From contig OY253689.1 of assembly GCA_958009085.1 (NCBI GenBank), positions 1 to 64,000 on the forward strand: DNA of 64,000 nt, in the 5' to 3' direction. How positions within the stretch are numbered: position 1 is the stretch's first letter; each line of letters opens with the position of its first letter. Under the pieces are notes generated by a model. The model saw only the letters and a program-made list of their open reading frames with translations, did not search any database and had not been told where the DNA came from. This stretch comes from Protoeuglena noctilucae (Eukaryota). Made by a program: the position numbers and the translations under genes. Below are positions 49,042 to 61,068 of the stretch, in pieces.

Positions 49042-49956
49042 TCATGGCGCGCTCCGGCTCGACATCCCCTCCACCAGAATCTTGCCGGCCTTGCTGCGCT
49101 TCTGGAAAGCCATGCCCTTCGCCCCGGATGGGTCCGCCATGAATCCAAGCCTCTGCGCGCGAGGCCGGGTCCGTAGTGGGTGTGCCCGCTTAGACACAGG
49201 GCGCTTCGCCAGCCATGCCGTGAACCCGAGACACTTGCCTTGTACAGCCTTACGACCCCTGGCTCCGCGTAGAGAGCCACCAGTGGGATGCCGTCCTCCT
49301 CGATCAGGCGCACCATGAGCCGCTCCATCATGGCCGTGCCCAGCCCACTGCGCTGCAACACTGGCTGCACGGCCACGTCCCATATGGTCGCGACGAGGTG
49401 GCCGTCTGACGTCGCCCTGCATGGGAGGCCAGGGATGCCGGGCCGCATCGCCACGGCTCGTGGGACCCTCCCGGCCGCTATCCACGCCGGCGCTTGGGAG
49501 ACACGCGTACCTGGCGAACCCGACACACTGCCCAAGGCGCTGGAACCGCGTCTGCTTGGTAGACCGCACCCAGATCAGGCGGTGCGTGTGCTCCAGCGCC
49601 GTCTGCAGACGCTCCACGTTGCGGCGAGGGAACCCGACGCGATCGAAAAGGTCGTTCACCTCCCCCAGGTCCAATCCCTCGGCAGTCTCGAGGAACTCGA
49701 ACCTTTGTGCGTGGAAGTAGGAGTCGGGGTGGCTGATGGGCGGCGCCTTGCACGCCTCCGGGGTCCATTGGGTGGGCCACGTCGCGTGCGCCGAGCTGAT
49801 GCCATCCCGGACCCAAGCGCTGTCCGCAGCGCTCGCGCGGATCAACGCAGCCCTATTGCATGGAGGGAGCCACGCGTGCCGGCGCACAGAAGGCCGGGGC
49901 GACGCAACGAGACCGCAGCAGGTCGCGTTGCTGTGGATGAGGAGCGGGAGCGTCAT
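49042..49956 (-). CDS. Plastid GNAT acetyltransferase (GNAT1/SNAT2/Ycf52-like)
   Basis: VGFPRR, VGFAR|ATSDG..ATIWDVAV.P..QRSGLG (acetyl-CoA motif A) and LYAEPGV..LYK|RLGF.ADP.G.KGMAF. Transit-peptide-like N-terminus. Confidence 0.88.
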   Translation of the reverse strand: MTLPLLIHSNATCCGLVASPRPSVRRHAWLPPCNRAALIRASAADSAWVRDGISSAHATWPTQWTPEACKAPPISHPDSYFHAQRFEFLETAEGLDLGEVNDLFDRVGFPRRNVERLQTALEHTHRLIWVRSTKQTRFQRLGQCVGFARYACLPSAGVDSGREGPTSRGDAARHPWPPMQGDVRRPPRRDHMGRGRAASVAAQWAGHGHDGAAHGAPDRGGRHPTGGSLRGARGRKAVQGKCLGFTAWLAKRPVSKRAHPLRTRPRAQRLGFMADPSGAKGMAFQKRSKAGKILVEGMSSRSAP

Positions 49957-50194
49957 CCACGCGTGAAAGCAGCGCCGATCTCTACCTGAGTAACAACGGG
50001 GTTTAATCGAAGCCGAATGAGGCGTGGCCGGCGTTGGGGACGGACAGCAGCTCCATCCTCCGCGTGCGTGCCGCTGACACGGGCCGCCTCCGGCACGCCT
50101 CTTGGCCTCGCGGGAGCGGCGTGCGGGTGGCATTCGACGGTGGATTCCGTCGCCGTCTCTCGGGGTCACCCGCAGGGCCATGGGGTAGGCAACC

Positions 50195-53100
50195 ATGGCC
50201 GTGACGCTGAGCCTCCAGAGGGGCCTGGACCTCGTGAGGACTTCCAAGAATCCGGACACGGTGGAGGAGTGTTTCAAGATTCTCCGCGATGCCCTGAAGA
50301 ACCGCTACGATGCGGACAGGCCCGGCATCGACATCATCGTCAAGTGCGCCGAGGCCGCGCTGCACGTGAGTCGTGGCGTCGGGTCGGGGCCCGCGCGTGC
50401 GCCCGGGGACCCGGGTCTTCGGCGCATGAGACGGCGAGGACATCGAGCTTACGCTGCATCGTTTGATTGCGGAGGAATCGCAGTTAGACCTCGCGGCAAG
50501 CGGGACGCGGATGGCATGTCGCATCTTTGGCACACCGTCCCGAGGGCGAGCCGACTCCACGACGATATCGTCCCCGCTGTCTCATGCGCAGGCGGAGCGG
50601 ATAGACATAGCTCGGCAGGCCCTGACGCTCTACGACGCGGAGGCGGCCCTGCTTCTCGCCGCGGGCAGGGAGGGGGAGAAGCTCGAAATCGCCGACCAGT
50701 TCAGGGTCAGGTGACCTTTGCCGCGGCAGTTTGAGTGATGCACATATTCGTAGCGCTACGAGCGTGCGTCCCCAATGCTGCCACAGCGAGCTACATGGGT
50801 TTGCACGTCAGCTGCGCCCTTGAATGCACGCTCAGGCAGCCCCGCGCGTCCGCGATGCCATGCAAGCACCATCTCCTGCTCACTTCAGAGCGAAGTATGC
50901 CCGGGGCGTCGTGGAGGCCTTCGAGGCGAGGACCAGCAAGGGGTCCGAGTTGATCGAGAGCACGCTGCATGCCATCTCCATCATTTTGGACGGCATGGAG
51001 ATCGCCGAGAAGAACCCGAGGTGAATGTGGATCGCTAGTCTCGCGTGGACGTCCCAGCGGGTCGCCAGGAGTGCCACTAGAGTCACTGCCACTCCCCGTC
51101 CCACCCCGCCCGCAGGCACCGCTTCCTGGTGTACAACGGCTCGGTGCACTTCTGGCACGCGTCCTGGGTCCTGCAGCGCGCGGGGATGCGCAAGCACGTG
51201 GTGGAGCCCACGCAGCGCGTGGTGCGGTTCCTTCAGGCCGTGCCCGGGCTAGACCAGTGGCGGGCGCGTCTGCAAATCGCGCTGTCGCGGGGGCTGGCAG
51301 AGATCGGGCGGACGGACGAGGCGCTGAAGGGTCTCGCGGAGGCCAAGTCCCTGGCGCAGGCGGCGGGGGACATGGACCTGCAGAAGGAGGCGGTCACGGT
51401 GTCGACGCACCTGGCCTTCCTGAGCGGGAAGGGCAAGGTGGAGGGGAGCACGCCGTCCGAGCAGGCGCTGTCGATGGCGCAGGAGGTCCGCACGGTGGCC
51501 ACCCTGACGCGGGCCCAGGTGGAGGACAAGCTGCGGGCGGCGTACGACCTCGTGGACCCGGACCCCGACGCGGCGCCCACCTCGGTCGACCTGTCCGTCG
51601 TGGCCGTCATCGCCTGGACGTGCGCGTGCAAGGGGGTGCTGGACCTGGGGGAGGAGGCGGCCAAGAGGGCCCTGGTGTCCAAGGCGAGGGCGCGCAGGGC
51701 GCAGGACAGCAGCTACACAGCCACGGGGGCTGCTGTGGGCAGGGCGCTTGACGCAACGCCGTGTGCTTGTCCCTCAGGACCTCCGCGTGCGTGCCCGCGC
51801 CGAGCTGTCCATCTGCCAGCTCGAGCTGGACCGCGTCCAGGCCCAGCACGGGGACGACCTGGTCCCCGCCAACGTCCGGGCGCGCGAGTCCATCCTCAAC
51901 GGCGCCGAGCAGTGCTGCGCCCAGTTCCTGCGCCTCCTCGATCCCTCGGGGGTGCAGGACGCGGCCGTGCTCATCTGGAACGCGGCGCTTCCCCTGCTGC
52001 AGAAGAACCTCCGCGAGAAGCTCAAGCGCATCTTCTTTACGGCCGCCAACGCCCTCTCGGCCATCCAGTCGCCCATGACGAGGCTTCGGACGCAGTTCCA
52101 CCTCGAGATCGCCAAGGTGACTGAGACTGCGTGGCTGGGCCCGGGGAAGCTCTGCTACGGCTCGTAGCGTGACGGCAGCTCCGGCTCCTTCCCCGCGCAG
52201 CTCGACGTGGAGGAGGACTCGATGGTCAAGGCCGCCGACCAGGTGGCTGCGGCCCTGAGCCTCGACTACGCGGCGGCCACCGAGGAGCAGCGCCGGACCG
52301 ACCTGGAGCGGCCGCTCGACCGGTACCTGGAGCCCATGTACAAGGCCCTGCAGCTCAAGACGGCCATCTACGAGGAGCCAGACGTGAGCGAGGGGGGAGA
52401 CGCTGCAGCCGCTTGCGCAGTAAACCCCTGCTGTTGCTGATGGGACTCCCCCGGCTGCACTGCAGAACATCGAGGACCAAGTGATTGTGCTGGTGGAGCG
52501 CGCCAAGGATGTAAAGGGCCAGAGCGCGCGGCAGGAGACGCTGGAGCGCGCAATCAGCCTCTTTATGGACCTCCCGCCCATCAGCCCCCCGTACGCGCCA
52601 TCCGCGGACGGGCAGGTGTGTGCTGCGTGGCTGCCGGTTGTCGTGGGTCACGGCACTGTGGCAGGTGGCATAACCCTGTCTCTTCCGCTTCCAGGAGACC
52701 GTGGAGGAGCTTCAGGCGCAGCGGAGGCTGGCGCGGAACCGGAACGCGCTGTGGATGGAGATTATTCGCGTGGGGTGGGCGTCGCGGCTGCACGACGTGG
52801 TGCTTCACGCCGCACCGTTTGCCCTCGCTCCCCTGTACGATCCAAAGGTGGACTTCGAGATGGTGCGAATGCAGGTGAGAAATGGCGGGGCAACGCTGAG
52901 CTTGCCGCGACATCGGATCCCACACCAGTGGTCGACATGCACTCCTTGCTTCACGCTTGTCTCAGGCGGAGATTTGCTACATCGAGGCAGAGGCCGGCAT
53001 CCTGTCCCTACGTGTGAAAGGCAAGACTCTCACCGCCCCCGGGGTGGCTGGCTACCCAGACGACCGCAACGTCGGCGAGCACGGCTTTGACGAGACCGGG

Positions 53101-56100
53101 CTCCCTCTGCGCCAGGCTCCTGTGGACCCGTCCGACATCCAGTTGCGCGTCCCTTCTGCCATCGTGCAGGCAAGACCATGGCAGAAACCCTCGTTGCCGG
53201 TCACTGGGGCCGGTCTCGTATCCTCACCATCGTCCCACGCCCGGTACTTGCAGGGCATGCGGTTCGGTCTCAGTATCAATGAGCCCTGGCTGGTGACAAA
53301 CGGCGCGGTCCTGGCCTGGAACCACTACACGCACGTCTTCGTCGCTAAGGATCTGAAGGACATGCTTCCGTTTGTCGGGGACGTGTTCGACATCGTCATG
53401 CAGCTCGGTGAGGCACGCATGTAGCCCGGCCGTGCAGGCCGTGATGCTTACGTCGCTGCCATGAATTCGCCTTGCGAACTGTTCCATTCACATCGCAGAT
53501 CGAGTGGACCCGGAGCTGCTTTGCAACCTGGGCAACATCACCGCGTCGGCCCTCGAGCACAAGGCGCTGTATGACCACTACGGTGGGGACGACTCTTTGA
53601 GCTACAAAGCCCTGGTTCTGGCGGCCGTGCGGGACAAGGTGCGCCTGGAGGGCGACGAGGACATCACGCGGGCCGCCACGGCCTGCCGGGACGTGATGAT
53701 GAAGCTCGGGGACGCCGACCCGCTGCGGGCTTTCATGGAGACGCACGCACGCACCATAGCCCTCGCGGGACAGTCTGCGGGAGGCGCGGCATCGGGTGGG
53801 GCGGGCGGGGGAAAGGGGGATAAGAAGGGCGACAAAAAGGGGGCAGACAAGGACACTGGCATGCCAAACCTGTCGGAGATGAGCCTGAAGGAGCTGGCGG
53901 CTCTGGTGGTCGCGGGGATCAACAACGTCACGGAGCCGTCCCTGTCGGACGCGGACAAGGCCGCGGCGCTGGGCAACGCGGCGTCGGCCCTGGCGAAGAT
54001 GGAGGAGAAGAGCGGAGGGAAGCAGGACGTGGAGATGTGGACCAAGCTCGGGCAGGCTGCGCTTCTGGCGGGCATGCCCAGCGAGAGCGTGCAGTGCTGC
54101 AAGCACGCCATGAGCGTGCTGCCCTCACACGTCAAGGTCGATGAGATTGACATGCCCGAGGTGGGTTATGGCTGATGGGCCGCATGAGGGGCAAGGCCAT
54201 GGGGCCGCATGAGGGGCAAGGCCATGGGGGCAAGGCCTGGTTTACGCCGCAGCGTAATGCTTGCAATGTGCTTTCCATTGCAGGATGCCACGAGCGAGGG
54301 TGCCCAGATGGACGACCGGCTGTGGTACTGGCTCAGCATGTGTCAGAACATCATGAGCCAGGCCGTGCTCGGCCTGATCGAGCCGTCCCAGGACGCCATC
54401 ATGCAGGCACGCCTCAAGCGCATGTCTATCCGGCACGCCGTGGCCTCTGCCAAGTTCGGCAACTTCTGGTGCGTGGTCGCCTGCTCAAGCCTGCCTGCGA
54501 ACGTTGTAACCTTAACGCGGCAGAATATCATGGCAGTGGCAATGGAGTCGTGTCTTTCCCGTGCCTACGCAGCAAGCGGAAGGACCTCGTGAACGCTGCG
54601 GCCAGGCTGCTGTGGAACGCGTCCGTCGACTTCATGAACATGGTCATCACGCGGAAGACGCTTGTCTCGCCCTTTGGTGACGTTGCGTCTATCTTGGCCG
54701 AGCGTGGCATCGAGGACCCCGAGTTTGGGGTCCGGTACTTTGTGTCCCTGGCGGATCTCGTGGTCGAGGCGAGTGATAGGACGGCATTTGTTACGTGCGT
54801 GCTGCTTTTGGCTTGCAAGTAAGCAACACAGCCTTTCCTCCTCGTCGTGCCCAGGGCGGCCGTTACGCAGACGGGTTGCTGTACATGGAGGAGGCGCTGC
54901 GGTGCCTGCCTCAGAGCATGCACATGCCGCTTCTGGAATACAAGGTCCTGTTCGCGTCCAAGCTGGGCCGGGACGTCGAGGCCGAGATGTTGCGAGTGGC
55001 CAACTTCACCCCGACGGCCCAGGCAAGCGGGGGGCGCAGAGCAACTCTAAGTCAATGCTGGGCACCTGATGGACAAAGCATCCCTTACTGTTGTAGTGCG
55101 CACTGCTTTGCAGGCAAAGGTGTGGCTGGTGCTTGCCACCGAGTCCATCTCCGAGAAGGCACAGTTGGAGGGCCGTCAGAAAGCAGTGGATGTGCTCAAG
55201 TGAGGCATGCAATGTGGTTGTGCATGCCTCAGCATCCTGGTACACAGGCGTTGTCACCAACTCGCGGTGCACGTGCTTGCCCTGCAGGGGAGAGCCGTGG
55301 AGCCAGGCGGAGTACCTGGTAGAGTTGGCCGAGTTCGTCCTCCACACGGAGCGCAACCAGCAGCTGGCCCGGGATATGCTGCTGGAGGCGGCGTCCCTCT
55401 TGCTGCGGTCCGACCACACGAGGCTGCTGGGGGAGATCCACACGCTCGACCTTTTCTCGGTGTGTAGGCAGCGGGAGTCCGTGGCTGTGACCGGTGCTGG
55501 CTCTTACCACCCTGCGACCTGACTATTTGCTTGCAGTCCCACGACCCCCTGGAAGACCTGGCCAAGCCCGCCAGGACGGGCGTCCCTGTGAAGACGAAGC
55601 ACGCCTCGGCAACAACAGAGAGGGTTCTTCTCTGCAGCAACGGCTGGAAGTTCGTCACTCCCAAGGTGCGAGGCAGGACGGGTGTTGATGACCCGGATGA
55701 GCGGTTGTACCCTTCCCTCAAGTCCACCTCGTCTTGCTTTGCCCTCGCAGAACGTGCGCACCGCTGCACTTCGCGTGGAGCACCTCGAGGGGATGCTGCG
55801 CGCCATGACGCTCTTGGCGTCCATCCGGCGGCTGTACAGCCTGCGAGTAATCTGCGCCAGCGCTGCCGCCATCGCGGCCAAGATCATCGTCAAGATGGTG
55901 TCGGACCAGGTTAACGCCACCCACTGGCGCATCCCGACGCTGGAGGAGCAGGACGCGGAGGAGGAGCGGCGGGCAATTGCAGAGGGGCGCCCCACGCTGA
56001 CCAAGAGCAACACCTTCCGCCGACAGCGCCAGGAGGTCATCCCAGCTGTTGGCCCCAACGGCGAGGAGCCCCTTCTGCAGTGGTTCTACAACCCGCTGGA

Positions 56101-59100
56101 ATGGCACAAGTGGCAGTGCCCGGAGGAGGCGGTTCCGATGCTCAAGGACGAGACGCGATCCAAGTACCCCCGGATGGCCAGTGTGGCGCTGAAGCAGCCC
56201 GAGCAGACGGTGCACTACCTCAAGAACCTCATTGGTGAGGGGCCGCTTGGGCTGCAAGAGGTGTTGCTTGATCAAGCGTTGCAACCTTTGACAACACTAA
56301 CGAATCACATACCAATCTCCTTGCAGAGCAACTTGACGACCTGGGGCTCCCCACCATCGCCCTTCCCTGCACGGTCCTGCTCCACATGGCAGCGACGCAG
56401 GGTCTCCGTGGCCAGAACGCCGCCAATGCGGCCTTCCTGTACCAGACGCGCCTCTTTGACCGGATGGGCATGGGGAAGGAGGCAGAGAAGTGCTTGGACA
56501 AGGCCGGCGATTTGAGCAAGGCAGAGGTTGAGGAGCAGGAGTGCGAGAACGACCTCGCTCAGATGGAGATGTCGGATGCGCTGGCACGGGCGCAGAAGAG
56601 CAGCAAGCTCGCGGGGGACCTCGGCTTCGGCCGCGTCTCGCCGACCCTCGAGAAGCAGAAGAAGGAGGCTGACAAGCAGAAGACGCTGGCCAAGCAGCTC
56701 AGCCGGCAGGACTCGGGGGTGTTCCTGGACAAGGGCGTGGCGACGATAAACATGGAGGAGCTGCGGCGGAAGCTGCAGCAGGCCGCTTCCGTGTACGAGA
56801 TGCGTCCCATGACCATCCACGACATCTGGATTCTGCGGGTTTGGTTCCTTGTCGAGAGGGCCCAGTATGGCCCCGCACGGTGAGCGATGCGTCACAGCGG
56901 AATGCCTCGCCATTTTGCCAAGTTGGCGCCAGCAGCCAGAGCCCTAAACATCAACCTTTTCTCTTCTGCGACTCAGGGAGATCCTCATCGAGGCACACAA
57001 GCATGCCGAGGCTTTGGAGGACAACGCTGCTTTGGGCCTCACTTGTGCTTGGCAGGCGCGCATGGAAGTGCTTGCCAACAATCGGGAGCTGGCCATTCAG
57101 TACGCCCGCCAAGCCATGGAGCACGGCGGGGACCTCCGCATGTGGCGTCAGCTGCTCGTCACGGCGGCGCAGGCGCTGACTCTGCGCAGCCGTGAGCAGC
57201 GTGGGGAGAGCGCCCTGGGACAGGACTGCATTGACTTCATCGACAAGTGCGTCACCGTCTTCTCGCACCTGCGCCAGGAGCGCGCGGAGCTCGAGTGGGA
57301 GGTCGGGTGCATCTTGGCTGACCTGATGAAGGCCAAGGCGCAGGTGAGCTCCATTGATGTCTGCCACGCTCAATGATGCTTTGTCATTCCTCTCCGGCGC
57401 TCATGGCCATCTGAAGCTCGCCTGCAGGTCATGTGGGAGCGCATCATTGCCGGCCGCGAAGGCATGAAGCCCCTCGACTGCTCCATGCACTTCAACGCGG
57501 GCATGCAGGCGCTGCAGACGGCCGTCCACATCTTCCGGCCCATGGGCCTGTCCCCGATGCTCGCGCAGTGCCTCACAGAGTTTGCACAGTTCGTCGTCAG
57601 CGGCGCGCGTGTCCCCGGCCGAAAGGTCAACGAGGACGGCAGGCCTCGGCTGCGGCAGGCGCAGGCGTCGTTGCGGGAGGCCGAGAAGTACGCGGGCATC
57701 CTTGAGAACTGGATCAAGGAGACGGTGGGATGGCGGCCGTCAGACCACGAGGAAGACTTGGAGGAGGGCGACGGCAGGCGAGTGGAGAGTGTTGACGGCG
57801 TTTATACTGGTGGAACGTCACCTCTCACGTGTGCCTTGTGCCTATTGCTCGCAGCGAGGAGGAACCGGCGACTGAGGGAGCAAAGGAGGGGGCGTCGAAG
57901 AAGTCAAAGGCAGAGCTGGAAGCCGAGGCTGAGGCACGAGCAGCTGCGCTTGCAGAGAGGGAGCAGGAGCAGGCGTCATACGCGCTTGCAGCCTACCCTG
58001 TCACGCGTGTCCTGGCCGAGTGCCGGTCCTTGCTTGCCATGACCGAGTACGAGATTGGCAACATCTCCAAGCTGTATGCCGACAAGGACAAGGCAAGGGC
58101 ACGACCGCAAGCTTGCGTTGCAGTGGTATGCAGACCTCTTACCCCCCACACCCGCCTTCTCCGCAGCGTCGGGCACGCCCGCGGTTCCCTCAAAACCCTC
58201 GCGCCCAGCAGGAGAGCTTGGAGGCGGACGCTGTGGCGGACTGGCTCGACGCCACTGCCGGACACGATTGGGATGCAGGGCTCAAGAACTTCCAGGCAAG
58301 ACTGCATGCACTTCTGCTTCACGGCTGCCTGCCACCGCTGGCACACCACGCAGCATGAGCATAAATCTCTGGCTCGTTCCCATTTGCAGTCTGCGGTTCA
58401 GTGGGCGGACCAGGCATTTTCAGCCACCATGTGCCATGTCCCCGCGGCAGTCGCGCGGGCCAAGTACGCCAAGGGAGCTACGCTGCTCGCCCTCCATGTG
58501 CGGGAGCAGGAGCAGATCCGTGCGCAGGAGCAGGAGGCCAGTGCCGAGTCTAGCCGTGCTGCCGTGGATGCGGAGGCTTCACGGGCTGGTCCTGCCCCTG
58601 CGGAAGCCAAGGCAGAGGCCGGAGCAAAACCTCAGCAGGCGGCTGGATCGGGCGCAGCGGCACCGAAAGGGCCACTCAAGGCGGGTTCGGTTCGTGACAA
58701 GGGCAAGGGTGCACCGCCGCCAGAACCCCCAGTCGAGGAAGGGCCTCCGCCGGAACCGACACTCGAGGACCAGGGGATGCGGCTCTTGCAAGAAGCGTTG
58801 GACCTGGCGGTGGACTCGATGGAGTATTGGACGGCAATGAGGTGAGTTGTCGGGCCGGGCCTTTCGATGCTCAATGATCCCCGATCTCCATTGGCTGATG
58901 TGATGACCACGCCTGCGCCTGCGCCTTGCAGGGTGTGTGAGGCGCTGGCAAACCACCGCAACGGGGCGGGGCAGAGCCGCGGCGCCGTGGAGGCAGTGCT
59001 GATGGCCCAGGCAATCAAGGCGTCAGAGGAGTTGGTCTCGGTGTACCGGGACGCATCAGCTCTGCAGGCGCTGGAGAGGCTCAAGACGCGACAACGGACC

Positions 59101-60826
59101 GCCCTGAAGGAGGTGCGTTGGTGGAGGGGAAGGCAGTTAAGAGGGGCCCTCCTTCTTGTGTCCGGAAATCCTCATTTTCGCCCCCCCTTTTCCTGCTTCA
59201 GGCTGTCGTCGCCCTGTCAGACTCGCGCCATTACAACGCGGTGGACCAGGACCTGAAGACCGTGTCGCTCATGTCGGACCTGTTGAACCCCAAGTGCCCC
59301 ATGGACGCCGCGCTCAACATGGTCCCCACGACGACGGACATCCTTTGCTTGTACTTGGGGCAGGACGACGCGACCATGTACGTGGCAGTCCGCATCACCG
59401 AGACCCCGCAGGCGAGCTGCTTTCCGAGCATTTGTTGACGGGTCTGTGGGTGTCAGATTGCCAATACGCATGTCGACTCCCCCTCACCGATGATCCTCGC
59501 AGGCGTCTACGACGGATGTCAACGCCGACAATGCCCCGCGTATCGCGTGGCACCTGCGCACCGTGCGCGTCGACGTGGCGGCCATCAAAGACCTGGTCGT
59601 GGGGTACAACGCCTTCAAACGTGCTGCCGACATGATCTTTGTCACGGCCAGGTGATACCCAGGCCGGGGGGCTTTATTAAAAGTCCCTCACGTCTTCTTT
59701 CCTCGTACTCAGCCTCTCTACCATCTGTGCGACTGCAGGAACCTCAAGCGCGTCGATGCCGGTGACCCCGTGCTGGTGAGCCTCAACCAGCGATGGGAGG
59801 ACGTCCGTGCGCAGTTCACGGCCCAGCTGGACCCCATCCTGGGCGTCGTGGCGGACGTGGCCGACTGGCGCAGCCGGAGCCTCCTCCTCCTCCCCGACAT
59901 ACTCCTGAGCCGCCTGCCGCTCGAGAGCCTCGGGGTGTTCGCCCAGGCCGACAGCCTGGGGCGGGACTTCTCGCTGGCGCTCCTGCACCACCGCCTGAGC
60001 CACGTCAAGGAGCGTCCCCGGGAGGAGAAGCTCTCGGCCACGGACAAGGGCGGCGAGAAGAAGGAGGGCGGGGAGATGAAGGGGGGGAAGGCCGCGGCGC
60101 CCGAGGAGCCCGGCGCGAGCTTCCAGGTGGCCAGCATGTCGTACCTGGTGGACCTGCGCGCCGAGGACGACCCCTCGGCGCTGCCGGGCCGCCGCACGGG
60201 CAAGCTGGCCGAGGAGTTCAAGGGGCTGCTGAAGTCCGTAGGCGCCGGCTGGCGCGGCGTGGTCGGCGACGGCGACAAGGTGGCGGGGGAGGACGAGTGC
60301 ATCGCGCTGTTCGAGTCCTCCCGGGCGATGATCTACATGGGGATGGGGCGGTTCGGCGCCTTCGTGTCGCCCAAGGCCGTGGCCGCCGCCGACCTCCGCG
60401 GGTGCCGCCTCTCGCTGATCCTGGACGGCATCATGAACGAGGAGCTCGACCGGCGTCAGTCGTCTGTGGACCTGCGCAAGGCGGCCTGGGAGCTCTCCAG
60501 CGAGGGCGCCTTCGAGATGGCATGCATCTTGTCCCTGCGTGGCGTCACGACGGTCGTCGTCAACCTCGCCGCCAGCCACCCGGACGCCAACATGCACGTT
60601 GCCAAGGTGGGTGTGGCAGGCGTGGGCATGTGGTGGCGGGGTGAGGAGCGGTCCATACTCAGCAGCTACCCTGCTCCCCTCGCAGTGCCTCGAGAGCCTG
60701 AAACAGGCCAAGGTGCCCGACGTCGGCCGCGCCATCCGAAGTGCCTTGAAGACGCTGCCCATCGAGTCCGACTACTCCCGCTCCAACACCATCATCTACG
60801 GCTGCCCCTTCCTTGCGCCGAAGTAG
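50195..60826 (+). CDS. CFAP46: Cilia- and flagella-associated protein 46 (FAP46/TTC40, central-pair C1d), ~29 exons
   Basis: Very large TPR-like protein with HRFLVYNGSVHFW, EPWLVTNGAVLAWNHY and C-terminal LLPDILLSRLPLESL...RDFSLALLHHRL...NTIIYGCP. Confidence 0.82.
54177..54238 (+). repeat. 25-bp tandem duplication in a CFAP46 intron
   Basis: gggccgcatgaggggcaaggccatg occurs twice, followed by a partial third copy. Confidence 0.85.
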
Positions 60827-60851
60827 AGCGACCTCTCGCCGCGGATTGACG

Positions 60852-60856
60852 TGTAA
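60852..60856 (+). promoter_or_regulatory. Putative chlorophyte polyadenylation signal TGTAA downstream of CFAP46
   Basis: TGTAA lies 26 bp after the CFAP46 stop. UGUAA is the known chlorophyte signal, but this is a single occurrence. Confidence 0.35.
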
Positions 60857-61068
60857 CGACGCCTTCACACATAGGCACACCCTCCACGGACGAATGACCT
60901 TTGAACGACGCAGAAAACCTGCACCCTGGCACGGTTCGCAACGCCAGTCATCAGCTTGCCGCACTTTTGGGCCCCCAAGAGCCACGCGTGTCAAACGTGG
61001 GAAGTGTATCCAGGTGGTGCGACTCTCAATCGCCGGGTCCGCGCCCCCGTCGATTCGTACCAGCGAGG

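Noticed and set aside
46934..61068. Shared ciliary promoter motif (X-box-like GCAAC) upstream of DNAAF1, CFAP46 and ZMYND10
   Set aside because: Only short matches that are expected by chance, with no consistent spacing.
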